From an uncultured Bacilli bacterium (GTDB taxonomy: Bacteria > Bacillota_I > Bacilli_A > RF39 > UBA660), in assembly GCA_934129885.1 (NCBI GenBank), contig CAKOWU010000002.1:76070-140069 (forward strand): DNA of 64,000 nt, written 5' to 3'. The position numbers were made by a program, and so were the translations under genes. Below are positions 38,569-48,360 of the stretch, in pieces. Numbering within the stretch: the stretch's first letter is position 1; the number at the start of each line of letters is the position of its first letter. Below the pieces are notes generated by a model. It searched no databases. It was given only the letters and a program-made list of their open reading frames with translations, and was not told the DNA's origin.

Positions 38569-38964
38569 TTATTTTCTATTTATATATTTTAGAGCATTAG
38601 CAAGGACCTTTTTATCATTATCAAAAGTAACCATTTCCATTGCCCTATCCATAGGCATCCACATAACTTCAGATACTTCCTCTAATTGAGGTTTTTCCTT
38701 ACCACCTGTTACAGTTGCTGCAAAATAAACAACATCCTTCATAATTAAAGGTTTTGGACTATAAGAAATAACGTATCTAAATCTATTATCAATTTTTGTC
38801 TCAAGACCAGTCTCTTCTAAAATTTCTCTATAGGCAGTCTCTTCTTCGGTCTCATTGCCCTCTACATGTCCTTTAGGAAACGCTATATGTCCTGCATTAT
38901 GCTTGATAAGCAAAACCTTATCATCATTATACACAATCGCACCACATGATTTTTCTTTATTCAT
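38569..38964 (-). CDS. NUDIX hydrolase
   Basis: Nudix box GHVEGNETEEETAYREILEETGL. Confidence 0.85.
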   Translation of the reverse strand: MNKEKSCGAIVYNDDKVLLIKHNAGHIAFPKGHVEGNETEEETAYREILEETGLETKIDNRFRYVISYSPKPLIMKDVVYFAATVTGGKEKPQLEEVSEVMWMPMDRAMEMVTFDNDKKVLANALKYINRK

Positions 38965-39592
38965 TTCTACTCTCCTTACAATATTTTCTTAATTTACAAC
39001 TACCACATTTTGGTAACCTTGCTGTGCAGTAATATCTACCAAACAAAACCATTTGATGATGTAGCCTACATAAAGCCTCTTTATCAAATGTTAACTCCAA
39101 TTTTTTCTCAATAATATTTGGACTGTCTCCTTCATTTGCAATACCAATTCTAATACTAACGCGACTTACATGAGTATCCACCGCAATACAAGGGACATTA
39201 TATATATTACTAAGCACTACGTTTGTAGTTTTCCTACCAACTCCAGGTAAACTCTCCAAATACTCCCTATCATTAGGCACTACGCCATTACATTCTGAAT
39301 AAAGCCTCTTCGCAATTGAAATAACATTTTTTGCCTTCTTATTAAAAGTACCTATTGGTCTAATAATTCTAATTACATCATTAATATCGGCTTTACTTAA
39401 TGAATTTAAATCCGGATATTTACTAAATAATACCTCCGTAACCATATTTACTCGTTTATCGGTCGTCTGTGCACTAAGCATCGTTGCAATAACAAGTTCA
39501 TAATCTTTATTATAGTTAAGTTCACACTTGGGATTTGGGAATAATTCATCTAAGAAAGTTTGTACATCATTCGTTAAGCCAGTCATAATCAA
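38957..39592 (-). CDS. nth: Endonuclease III
   Basis: HhH-GPD region (LPGVGRKTTNVV) and 4Fe-4S cluster C-x6-C-x2-C-x5-C. Confidence 0.92.
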   Translation of the reverse strand: MIMTGLTNDVQTFLDELFPNPKCELNYNKDYELVIATMLSAQTTDKRVNMVTEVLFSKYPDLNSLSKADINDVIRIIRPIGTFNKKAKNVISIAKRLYSECNGVVPNDREYLESLPGVGRKTTNVVLSNIYNVPCIAVDTHVSRVSIRIGIANEGDSPNIIEKKLELTFDKEALCRLHHQMVLFGRYYCTARLPKCGSCKLRKYCKESRNE

Positions 39593-40199
39593 ATACCTCT
39601 CGTTTAGGCTTGTTATTTCTAAAAGTCTTGTTACTCTTATCTAAATCCGCTTTAGTTTTTATGCCTTTTTTCTTCCATTCAAATAAAATTTTATCAATAT
39701 ATCTTAAGTTAGTAACACCATTAAATATTGCTTCTTTTAAAGCTAAATCAATTGTTTCTTCCAAAAAGCCATCATCAAGCCAAGCACCAATAATCTCATA
39801 TTCTTTAGGACTTAAAGTTCTACCAAATTCTTTTTCAAACTTATCATAAATAGTAACGTCTATTTCTTTATCTTCTTTGTCTTCTATAAAAAGCAAAGCA
39901 AGTTTATTATAAAGTTCATCTAATGAGAAATACTCTTCTATCTTTTTATTGTTAGAAATACTTTCTAATTTGATAATATCTTTTTTAGTTAAAGAAGATA
40001 CTAGTTCTAAAACTTTAAAGACTTCCATATCTAAATCTTTCGCAATTCTCTCTGGATCAAACTCATTATTAGTGGTTAAATAAATAAGGAAAATAGTCTC
40101 TAACTCTGTGAGTTTTAACTTCTTATATCTGGTAAGAAGCAACTTTGGAAAAACCACACTACCTTCTTTAAATAAATCAATAATTTTACCAGTCATCAA
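39567..40199 (-). CDS. dnaD: DnaD-domain replication initiation protein
   Basis: C-terminal DnaD/DnaB_2 domain (YIDKILFEWKKKGI), dnaD-nth synteny. Confidence 0.8.
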   Translation of the reverse strand: MMTGKIIDLFKEGSVVFPKLLLTRYKKLKLTELETIFLIYLTTNNEFDPERIAKDLDMEVFKVLELVSSLTKKDIIKLESISNNKKIEEYFSLDELYNKLALLFIEDKEDKEIDVTIYDKFEKEFGRTLSPKEYEIIGAWLDDGFLEETIDLALKEAIFNGVTNLRYIDKILFEWKKKGIKTKADLDKSNKTFRNNKPKREVFDYDWLNE

Positions 40200-40231
40200 A
40201 AATAACCTCCCTTCAAAACAATAAAAATAAA

Positions 40232-40831
40232 TTAATATCTTGCCTGCGGAATAATCATTACACTATAAGATTCATCATCAAACTTTAAAATAGAAAAACT
40301 TTCCGTATCAATCATATGACTATCAGTCCAAGATTCAAATGTATCTTCTAAAAATTTAGCTGAAATATCTTTGTCATAAAAAATTATACTAGCATTTGTA
40401 GGTATGGCAAACTCTTCATTAAGAGATATTAAATAAATGAAGTTGCACCCTTTCACATTTCTATGAATATTATCATAAATACATAAAGTATAATTGTTTA
40501 TTCTAAAACTAAATCTATCTTTACCTAGATAAACATAAGCATTTCTAATTTTTTTTGAAAACTTACCTTCTAAAAAATGGATACTAGGATTAGAATTAAA
40601 AATCATTAAATTTTTCTTTATATCCAAATCATTTTTATACTTAATGATAAATAAATCGCTATCATTTTTATCCATTAAAAGGAGCGATGTACTGTTTTTT
40701 AGTTTCATAAATACTAAAAATATTTCATTATCTCCTATATCAAGATCAATTTTTTTTAAATTATTCGCACTACTATGAATATTAAAAAATAAAATAAATA
40801 AAATTAAAAACAAAAATATAACCTTTTTCAT
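40232..40831 (-). CDS. Secreted hypothetical protein
   Basis: 199 aa with a signal peptide and no motif recognised. Confidence 0.5.
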   Translation of the reverse strand: MKKVIFLFLILFILFFNIHSSANNLKKIDLDIGDNEIFLVFMKLKNSTSLLLMDKNDSDLFIIKYKNDLDIKKNLMIFNSNPSIHFLEGKFSKKIRNAYVYLGKDRFSFRINNYTLCIYDNIHRNVKGCNFIYLISLNEEFAIPTNASIIFYDKDISAKFLEDTFESWTDSHMIDTESFSILKFDDESYSVMIIPQARY

Positions 40832-40856
40832 AATATCGCCCTATTAAAGCGTATGA

Positions 40857-41948
40857 CTATAAATAATTTTTAATTAAATAATTTTTAAGTATTTCTTCAT
40901 CATTATCTAAAGTATTATCTAAAATTTTTTCTTCAACATCATTTAAGATATCTCTAATAAATTTACCCGGCTCTTTGCCTAAAATCTCACAAATAGCCTC
41001 GGGCTTAAGTTTAATATCAAGTCTACTGTGAATAGGCATGTTTAAATAAATCTCATTAAGTTCTTTTTTACTTACATCGTTTACCTCGCAAACTAAAGAA
41101 CATACATAAAGGCCATATTCATAAATAACTCTTCTATCAAGAATATCTCTATCTTTAAGTTTTAAAATCTTAAAAATAGTATCTTGCTCTTGTGCATTAA
41201 ATGGATACTTACATGTAACGTCAAGTAAAGCCCAAGTAACTATCATTGATGGTGTGATCATAATTTTTTTTAAATTAGGTATCTCAAGGCTATCAGATAG
41301 TTTAAGTTCATTTAATAACTTAATACCATATTCTTTATTAGAACTGGCGAAAATAATATCAAGTTCTTCCCTTCTTCTTTGTGCTGATAACTTTCTAACA
41401 AGGCCACTATATTTCTTAATATATGCCTTTAAAACTGGTTCTAATTCAAAATTTAAAATAGTCGCAAATCTGATGGCACGTAATATTCTAAGGGCATCCT
41501 CTTTAAGTTTAATTTTTGGATTTCCAACCATTCTAATAATCTTATTATCTAAATCGCTTTTTGCATTAAGTAAGTCAATTTGTTTACCCTCTTTATCAAT
41601 GCAAAGTGTATTAATTGTGAAATCTCTTCGTTTAAGATCTTCTTCTAAACTATCAACATATTTAATAACACTAGGCTTACGATTATTAATATATTTACCT
41701 TCACTTCTAAATGTTGTAATCTCTATTCTAACGTTTTCGTGCAGAATAGTGACGGAACCATATTCAAAGTTTGTTGTAACTACATCTGGAAAAATTTTTA
41801 TAATCTCCATCGGAGTTGCGTCTGTACAAACATCAATGTCAGTAGATCCTCTTTTTAAATATAAGTCTCTTGGATATCCTCCAATAATATAAGCCTTATA
41901 TCCATATTCTTCTATTCTATTAAGTACATTTAAACCAATATTATACAT
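40857..41948 (-). CDS. cca: CCA-adding enzyme / poly(A) polymerase family nucleotidyltransferase
   Basis: GGYPRDLYL..DIDV motif and RRDFTIN motif. Confidence 0.85.
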   Translation of the reverse strand: MYNIGLNVLNRIEEYGYKAYIIGGYPRDLYLKRGSTDIDVCTDATPMEIIKIFPDVVTTNFEYGSVTILHENVRIEITTFRSEGKYINNRKPSVIKYVDSLEEDLKRRDFTINTLCIDKEGKQIDLLNAKSDLDNKIIRMVGNPKIKLKEDALRILRAIRFATILNFELEPVLKAYIKKYSGLVRKLSAQRRREELDIIFASSNKEYGIKLLNELKLSDSLEIPNLKKIMITPSMIVTWALLDVTCKYPFNAQEQDTIFKILKLKDRDILDRRVIYEYGLYVCSLVCEVNDVSKKELNEIYLNMPIHSRLDIKLKPEAICEILGKEPGKFIRDILNDVEEKILDNTLDNDEEILKNYLIKNYL

Positions 41949-41985
41949 AATACTTCATCTCCAAACAGAAAAAAGGCCAAAGAGC

Positions 41986-42258
41986 CTATTTCAAAGCATA
42001 CTTAAGTTTTGTACCAGCCTTAATAACAACTGTATTTTTAGCAGGAACATCTATAATTTCACCAGTTCTAGGATTACGTCCTTTTCTAGCAGCCTTTTTT
42101 TTAAGTGAAAAATTACAAAAACCATTAATAGTAACTTTTCCTTCTTTTTTTAGTCCACTAGTAATTCCTACTAAAACAGAATCAAACATTACCATAACAT
42201 CGGCCTTGTCAAAGCCTGTGTCTGCGACTATAAAATCAATAAGTTCCTGTTTTGTCAT
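41986..42258 (-). CDS. hup: DNA-binding protein HU
   Basis: 90 aa with the RNPRTGE arm motif. Confidence 0.93.
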   Translation of the reverse strand: MTKQELIDFIVADTGFDKADVMVMFDSVLVGITSGLKKEGKVTINGFCNFSLKKKAARKGRNPRTGEIIDVPAKNTVVIKAGTKLKYALK

Positions 42259-42425
42259 AATTTAAGCCTCCACTTGTCACAACTAAAGAATACCATTTTT
42301 AAAGCCAAAAATCAATAGAATTTTATGTATTTCTTATGTCAAAAATTAATATTAAATAGACTAAATAGTAATCATTATTTTATAACTAATGTAAGAGCAC
42401 TTAAGATTTAATATATAAACAATAA

Positions 42426-43901
42426 TTAAATCACAATTGCGAATAAATTTCCAGAACCTTTATTAACAAGTTTAGATAAAGTCTGTTGTAACTTAAATCT
42501 AACAGCCTCTGGCATTAATGAAAGTTTTGCCTGTATACCCTCCTGAACGATAACATCTAGACTTCTACCAAAGATTTCACTTTTCCAAATATTGTTAGAA
42601 TCACTCTCTTTTCCTTTCATTAAATGGTCAATAAGTTCTTTACTTTGGATTTCGGAACCAATAATTGGTTCAAAAGTACTTTCTACATCTACTCTAATCA
42701 TATGAATAGATGGGGCGACTGCTTTTAATTTAATACCGTATCTACTACCTTGTTTTAAAATTTCTGGTGTATCAAGCGACATATCATTAAGAGTAGGACT
42801 TGCGACACCATAGCCAGTAGTTTTGACCATTTTTAAGGCATCTTTAATTTGATCATATTCACATTTTGCTTCGTTATATTCTTGGAACAATGATAGAAGT
42901 TGTGAACGATTGGTAATATCGACACCAATAATTTCTTTAAGAACTTCATTATATAAGTCATCTGGAGCTTTTAACGTAACATTAACTTCACCTGTTGAAG
43001 TATCAACGTTAGATAAGTAAGCCTGTCTAATATACTCGCATTCTTCTAATTTTTCAGTGATAACATCAATATCTCTAAGTTTATCAATTTCACATATACT
43101 ATCTCTGATTGTATCAATATATGCTTTCTTAAGCCAGTTATTAGGCGCTAGTGTAGCAATCCAGTCTGGCATATCGACATTAATCCTAACAACTGGGAAC
43201 TCATATAAGGCTTCTCTTAAAATGTTGTATGCGTCTCTTTCACTCATATTGTCAACATTCATTGGAATAACTGGCACATTATAACATTCTCTAAGCGAGG
43301 CCGCTAAATTTTCGGTCTCTGGTAACATTGGATGTGTACTATTTAATATAACAATATATGGCTTACCAATTTCACTAAGTTCGTCTGCGATTCTTTGTTC
43401 TGCAGGGGCATAACACTCTCTGTTAAACTCTCCGATAGAACCGTCAGAAGTTATTAAAACGCCAATACTAGAGTGGTCTTTAATAACTTTTTCAGTCCCT
43501 ATTTCAGCTGCTTCAACAAATGGAATTTCCTCCTCATACCATGGTGTGCGCACCATTCTAGGACCGTTTTCATCCTCATATCCTTTGGCTCCGTCAATTA
43601 CATATCCGACGCAGTCTACTAGGCGCACATTAGCACTAAAGTCATCAATATTGATTTTGGCGGCGTTACTAGGTACAAATTTAGGTTCTGTAGTCATGAT
43701 GGTCTTACCTTGTGCAGATTGAGGAATTTCATCAAGTGTCCTCTTTCTTTCGTATTCATCTAAGATATTAGGTACAACTAAATTTTCTAAAAATCTTTTG
43801 ATAAATGTACTTTTACCAGTTCTTACAGCTCCAACTACGCCAAGATAAATATCACCGCCAGTTCTTTCTGTAATACTTTTAATAATATCTATTTTTTCCA
43901 T
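42426..43901 (-). CDS. spoIVA: Stage IV sporulation protein A
   Basis: 491 aa. N-terminus ERTGGDIYLGVVGAVRTGKSTFIK is near-identical to Bacillus SpoIVA. Confidence 0.95.
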   Translation of the reverse strand: MEKIDIIKSITERTGGDIYLGVVGAVRTGKSTFIKRFLENLVVPNILDEYERKRTLDEIPQSAQGKTIMTTEPKFVPSNAAKINIDDFSANVRLVDCVGYVIDGAKGYEDENGPRMVRTPWYEEEIPFVEAAEIGTEKVIKDHSSIGVLITSDGSIGEFNRECYAPAEQRIADELSEIGKPYIVILNSTHPMLPETENLAASLRECYNVPVIPMNVDNMSERDAYNILREALYEFPVVRINVDMPDWIATLAPNNWLKKAYIDTIRDSICEIDKLRDIDVITEKLEECEYIRQAYLSNVDTSTGEVNVTLKAPDDLYNEVLKEIIGVDITNRSQLLSLFQEYNEAKCEYDQIKDALKMVKTTGYGVASPTLNDMSLDTPEILKQGSRYGIKLKAVAPSIHMIRVDVESTFEPIIGSEIQSKELIDHLMKGKESDSNNIWKSEIFGRSLDVIVQEGIQAKLSLMPEAVRFKLQQTLSKLVNKGSGNLFAIVI

Positions 43902-44010
43902 ATAATCCCTCCATAGTTTACTTAAATATATTCAAAATATTTTATCTTTATACACAATTTTTTTAAAACTACACCAAAATATAGTATAATGTAACAAAGG
44001 AGTGAGACGT

Positions 44011-44289
44011 ATGGAAAATAAAGAAGTAATGACTACTATGGATAATACACCAATTAGTCCTTGGGGATACTGCGGATACTATATACTATTTAGCATTCCA
44101 ATTATAGGGTTTATATGCGCGATAATATTTGCTGTAAGTACAACTGGTAACATCAACCGTAGGAATCTTGCTAGAGGATACTGGTGTATGGTTCTATTAG
44201 CATTCATTATGATTGCCTTTATGTTATTACTTGCTGCAGTCGCTGGTATATCTGTTAGTGACGCTACTGCGAGTGCTATAACTGCTTAA
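44011..44289 (+). CDS. Small membrane protein
   Basis: AAGGAG RBS, two TM helices. Confidence 0.55.
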   Translation: MENKEVMTTMDNTPISPWGYCGYYILFSIPIIGFICAIIFAVSTTGNINRRNLARGYWCMVLLAFIMIAFMLLLAAVAGISVSDATASAITA

Positions 44290-44292
44290 AAA

Positions 44293-44315
44293 AATAGGGA
44301 AACCTATTTTTTTTG
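44293..44315 (+). terminator. Rho-independent terminator
   Basis: ATAGG-GAAA-CCTAT followed by T8. Confidence 0.6.
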
Positions 44316-44396
44316 ATTACCCTATTTATCTTCTTTAAATAAAAGAAAGTACGATTTTACATAGACTGACAAAACTTTTAAAAGTGTAAACTTATG

Positions 44397-44639
44397 TTAT
44401 ATTAATTTGTCAATATCATTTGGGACTTTGTCATTAACAACTGCATTTACAATTTTATCTTCTTTATCTTTAGAAACAACTCTACCTGTCATCTGACCAA
44501 GTTCTTGAATAACCTCTCTTAAAGTATTTTCATTCTTTAAATCATTTTGTTGTAATTTTTGGGCTAAATCTAAAATAGTTTGTTTCCCAACATTTGTCTT
44601 CTTTTCAACTCTATCGAAAAAACCATCTGAAAAACGCAT
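44397..44639 (-). CDS. Stage VI sporulation protein F-like (YjcC/SpoVIF family)
   Basis: FFDRVEKKTNVGKQTILDLAQKLQ resembles Bacillus SpoVIF FFKKLEKKTGV... Confidence 0.65.
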   Translation of the reverse strand: MRFSDGFFDRVEKKTNVGKQTILDLAQKLQQNDLKNENTLREVIQELGQMTGRVVSKDKEDKIVNAVVNDKVPNDIDKLI

Positions 44640-44701
44640 TACATCATCTCCTAGATTAATATATGAAACTATATAAAAAAAGTTATAAGAAAAAACAAGA
44701 A

Positions 44702-46015
44702 TTAATCTCGTTCTCCTTTATTCTTAAACTGAAGTACAATGGGTGTACCTTCAAAATCAAAATTTTCTCGAATTTTATTTTCTAAATATCTTTCATAAGA
44801 AAAGTGCAGAAGTCCTTTATTATTAACTTCGATATTAAAAGTTGGTGGTGCACATCTAACTTGACTTGTAAAATATATTTTCATTCTCTTGCCTTTATAG
44901 GTAGGTGGTAAATTAAGACTATATGCATCCATAATAACATTATTTATAAGACTTGTTTTTATCATTCTATGAGAGTTTTTATAAGCCTTTATTATCTCTG
45001 GCATTAAAGTATGTATTCTTTTTTTAGTTAAGGCTGATAGAAATACAATAGGTGCATAGGGCATAAACTGAAAATTATTTTTAATATCTTGAATAAATCC
45101 TGTTCTTGCTTTATCTTTGTCTTCAATTAAATCCCATTTATTAACAACAATTATAACTGCTTTACCTGCTTCAATAGCGTAACCTGCGATATGTTTATCT
45201 TGAATGGAAATACCCTCATTTGCGTCAATTACTAAAACGCATACGTCAGAGCGGTCAATAGCCTTTAATGATCTAAGTAAACTATATTTTTCTACAGTTT
45301 CATAAATCTTACCACGTTTCCTCATACCGGCGGTATCAATTACCACAAACTCTTCACTGTGATAAGTGAAAGGAGTATCTACTGCATCTCTTGTAGTTCC
45401 CGCAACGTCACTGACAATAACTCTCTCTTCATTTAAAATCGCATTAACTAGACTACTTTTACCGACGTTTGGTCTGCCGATAATAGAAAATTTAACTCTA
45501 GAATCTTCTTGTTCTTCATACGTATCAAAATCTTTTGTGATTTCATCTAGCATATCGTAAAAGCCAAAGTTTTGCTCGCCACTAACTTCGAAATAATCTT
45601 CAAAGCCAAGTTCATAAAAGTCATACATATGGTCTTTAAATAATTTAGAATCTGCTTTATTAATAGCGACAATAACTTTTTTACCACTTTTTAATAGTAG
45701 ATCTCTTACTTTAAAATCGTTGGCGGTAAGTCCTTCTTTACCATCAACAACAAAAATAATAATATCTGCTTCATCAATAGCAAGTTCGGCTTGTCCTTTT
45801 ATTTCTTTATTAAAATTGCCTGTTTCCATATCAATACCGCCAGTATCAATTAAATGGAAACTATAATCTTTATATTTAACGGTACCATATATACGGTCTC
45901 TTGTTACTCCAGGAGTATCTTCTATAATTGCAAGTTTACTGGAAGTTAAACGATTAAAAATAGTACTCTTACCAACATTCGGTCTTCCAACTAAAGCTAC
46001 AACTGGTTTTTTCAT
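44702..46015 (-). CDS. der: Ribosome-biogenesis GTPase Der (EngA)
   Basis: Two tandem GTPase domains (GRPNVGKST twice) plus a KH-like C-terminus. Confidence 0.95.
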   Translation of the reverse strand: MKKPVVALVGRPNVGKSTIFNRLTSSKLAIIEDTPGVTRDRIYGTVKYKDYSFHLIDTGGIDMETGNFNKEIKGQAELAIDEADIIIFVVDGKEGLTANDFKVRDLLLKSGKKVIVAINKADSKLFKDHMYDFYELGFEDYFEVSGEQNFGFYDMLDEITKDFDTYEEQEDSRVKFSIIGRPNVGKSSLVNAILNEERVIVSDVAGTTRDAVDTPFTYHSEEFVVIDTAGMRKRGKIYETVEKYSLLRSLKAIDRSDVCVLVIDANEGISIQDKHIAGYAIEAGKAVIIVVNKWDLIEDKDKARTGFIQDIKNNFQFMPYAPIVFLSALTKKRIHTLMPEIIKAYKNSHRMIKTSLINNVIMDAYSLNLPPTYKGKRMKIYFTSQVRCAPPTFNIEVNNKGLLHFSYERYLENKIRENFDFEGTPIVLQFKNKGERD

Positions 46016-46019
46016 AATA

Positions 46020-46499
46020 TCACCTTACCTTTTTTGCAAGTTTTAAAATCTCTTTCGCTTCATTTCCATAAATCACTTTAGACATTTCAAATAATTTACC
46101 AACTGCGAAAACATCCATTTGTTTTTTAATTTTTACATATATTTTATCAGAAATTTTATAAACGTCAAGCATTCTTATATCAATATTAGGAAAGTCAAGA
46201 AGTTCATATAAAAAAGAAGCTTCTATTACTTTAATATTCATTTGAATTTGATTAGTAAAGTAATCAAAGTATTCTAGTTCTTCTCTTACTACATCAATAA
46301 TAACTCCGTAATTTGCGTCAGCATATATATTAACGTTATAAAATCCATCAAAATCTAAATTATATCTATTCCCAAGCATTTTCAAAATATTTTTTAAATA
46401 TGACTCTAGAAAACTTTTGTCAGAAAAATCAAAATTTTGAAAATAGACTTTATTTATATACAAACTAACAATATCATCACCACAAACAACTCTCATCAT
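46020..46499 (-). CDS. Hypothetical protein
   Basis: 159-aa ORF tightly linked upstream of der. Confidence 0.5.
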   Translation of the reverse strand: MMRVVCGDDIVSLYINKVYFQNFDFSDKSFLESYLKNILKMLGNRYNLDFDGFYNVNIYADANYGVIIDVVREELEYFDYFTNQIQMNIKVIEASFLYELLDFPNIDIRMLDVYKISDKIYVKIKKQMDVFAVGKLFEMSKVIYGNEAKEILKLAKKVR

Positions 46500-46542
46500 A
46501 TCACCTAACTTAGTGTATGAAAAAGAAAATAATATGGAACTA

Positions 46543-47124
46543 TTACTCGGTGTTTTCTATTTTTTTAAGTACATCTTCTTTGCCGAATTTGCTTACACTA
46601 GAAAACATCAAAAAGTCATCACCCACTACCAAATCTAAATCATTTAAAATATTATTTCGCTGTTTTTGTTGTAAAGTTACACCTACTTTATCACATTTAG
46701 TTCCTACGATAGTAACTGGTATTTTATAATACTTTAAAAAGTTATACATAAGAATATCATCGTTAGTCGGTTTATGTCTAAAATCGATTAATAAAAATAC
46801 TTGTTTTAAACTTTTACGATTAACAATATAATCTTCAATCATAAGGCCAAATTTTTTTCTTTTGGTTTTACTAAGTTGTGCATAACCATAACCAGGAACG
46901 TCAACTAAATAAAATTCATCATTGACATTATAGAAATTTATAGTTTGTGTTTTTCCAGGTCTACTGGATGTCCTTGCATAATTCTTTCTATTGACTAATG
47001 TATTAATAAAACTACTTTTACCAACGTTAGATCTACCAATAAGTAAATACTCTGGCCTATTGTCAGTTGGAAACTGACTTCTTCTAACGGCTGAAATAGT
47101 TAAATCGACTGAATTAATTTTCAT
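46543..47124 (-). CDS. engB: GTP-binding protein EngB/YsxC
   Basis: GRSNVGKSSFIN, DVPGYGYA. Confidence 0.92.
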   Translation of the reverse strand: MKINSVDLTISAVRRSQFPTDNRPEYLLIGRSNVGKSSFINTLVNRKNYARTSSRPGKTQTINFYNVNDEFYLVDVPGYGYAQLSKTKRKKFGLMIEDYIVNRKSLKQVFLLIDFRHKPTNDDILMYNFLKYYKIPVTIVGTKCDKVGVTLQQKQRNNILNDLDLVVGDDFLMFSSVSKFGKEDVLKKIENTE

Positions 47125-47184
47125 CTAATCACCTTACCTAATACTAATAAATTATAACAAATCTGTAAATAAGTGTCAAAGTAG

Positions 47185-48054
47185 TTATTTTCTATGTTTT
47201 CTTTTGATTTTTTCTGCGACATACTTTATAGACTTAACAGGACCGGTTGTAAATAGTCCCTTTGTAGTTTGGGATAAACTTTTATCTTTATTTTTATGAT
47301 ATAAAAATTTATAGACACTATCCATATCATTTTCATCTGAAGAGTTTATGTAATTTTTAAGTTCTAAAGGAAGAGCGTCAATATCAATCGTTTCTAATTG
47401 CACATTACCGTCATTTATTTTGATAAGTTTTCCATAAACATCATGGTAAAAATCAAAACTACCATCAACAATATTTTTAACTTTATCTGGATTTTCTGCG
47501 ATACCCATACGGGTATCTCCGATATAGGATAAACCCGCTAAAGAAATGTAAAAATCTCTTTCAGGTAAAACTTTATTACCATTAATAAGTCTTGTTGCCA
47601 TAACGGCATATTTACGATTATCATCTATTCGTTTATTAATATCGTCATCCGCTAAAACAACCAATATAGGTTTTTGCATTCTACCAGCGATATAAAAAGT
47701 GCTCCAGTTATCTAAATCATCAAGAAAGTCATTTTTTTGAATAGTACCGATTTTATATTCTCTATCTCCAAAAGGTATATATGTCATATAACATATCTTA
47801 CCACCGTTTCGTAAAAAGTTATTATTAATATACCTAAAAAATAATTTAGATGAAAATGAATAGTCGCTGGGGTTCATTTCCATATTTTGTTTATGCCACT
47901 GTTTTAAATTATCTACAATAATAATTAAATCAATTTGTGGTTTTCTATTTTCTTGTCCTTTCTGTAAATTAATACCAGAACCATATCCTATAATACCAAT
48001 GCATTTTGGTCTTGTACTCATAAAATCTAAAATATCTTTATCTCTTGTAGCCAT
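47185..48054 (-). CDS. Tam41/Mmp37-like protein (putative phosphatidate cytidylyltransferase type)
   Basis: GIIGYGSG...QIDLIIIVDN...WH..N...NPSDYS pattern. GGAGG RBS before the ATG at 48054. Confidence 0.55.
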   Translation of the reverse strand: MATRDKDILDFMSTRPKCIGIIGYGSGINLQKGQENRKPQIDLIIIVDNLKQWHKQNMEMNPSDYSFSSKLFFRYINNNFLRNGGKICYMTYIPFGDREYKIGTIQKNDFLDDLDNWSTFYIAGRMQKPILVVLADDDINKRIDDNRKYAVMATRLINGNKVLPERDFYISLAGLSYIGDTRMGIAENPDKVKNIVDGSFDFYHDVYGKLIKINDGNVQLETIDIDALPLELKNYINSSDENDMDSVYKFLYHKNKDKSLSQTTKGLFTTGPVKSIKYVAEKIKRKHRK

Positions 48055-48154
48055 TATTGCACCTCCAATAACAACATTATACCACGATATATAAAGTTTT
48101 TTTAATAAAACTATTGCATTTAGCACAATAACGTGCTATAATTTAAAAGCAGTT

Positions 48155-48231
48155 GGGGAATTAGCTCAGTTGGCTAGAGCACCTGCTTTGCACGCAGGGG
48201 GTCAAGGGTTCGAGTCCCTTATTCTCCACCA
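48155..48231 (+). tRNA. tRNA-Ala (UGC) with G3:U70 and encoded CCA
   Basis: Acceptor GGGGAAU/AUUCUCC, anticodon loop CUUUGCA. Promoter TTGCAT-17-TGcTATAAT lies just upstream (48114-48141). Confidence 0.9.
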
Positions 48232-48282
48232 ATATGTTTATTAAAACCTTGATAATTCAAGGTTTTTCTTTATTTATAAGGG
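48216..48282 (+). repeat. Direct repeat (attL-like): last 16 nt of tRNA-Ala plus its terminator
   Basis: 67/67 identical to 56038..56104. Confidence 0.9.
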
Positions 48283-48330
48283 CTTTTGTTTTACAATATC
48301 ACATTTATATCACATTTTCTAAATTTCATT

Positions 48331-48358
48331 AAAAAAATTGTAGAGAAAAAGTCTACAA
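48331..48358 (-). terminator. Terminator of the island operon
   Basis: TTGTAGA-N7-TCTACAA followed by T7 on the minus strand. Confidence 0.6.
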
Positions 48359-48360
48359 GT

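Noticed and set aside
41254-41892. 212-aa plus-strand ORF inside the cca gene
   Set aside because: It is antisense to a well-supported CCA-adding enzyme gene, has a low-complexity Leu/Ser/Ile-rich translation and no RBS. It is a typical shadow ORF of AT-rich DNA.
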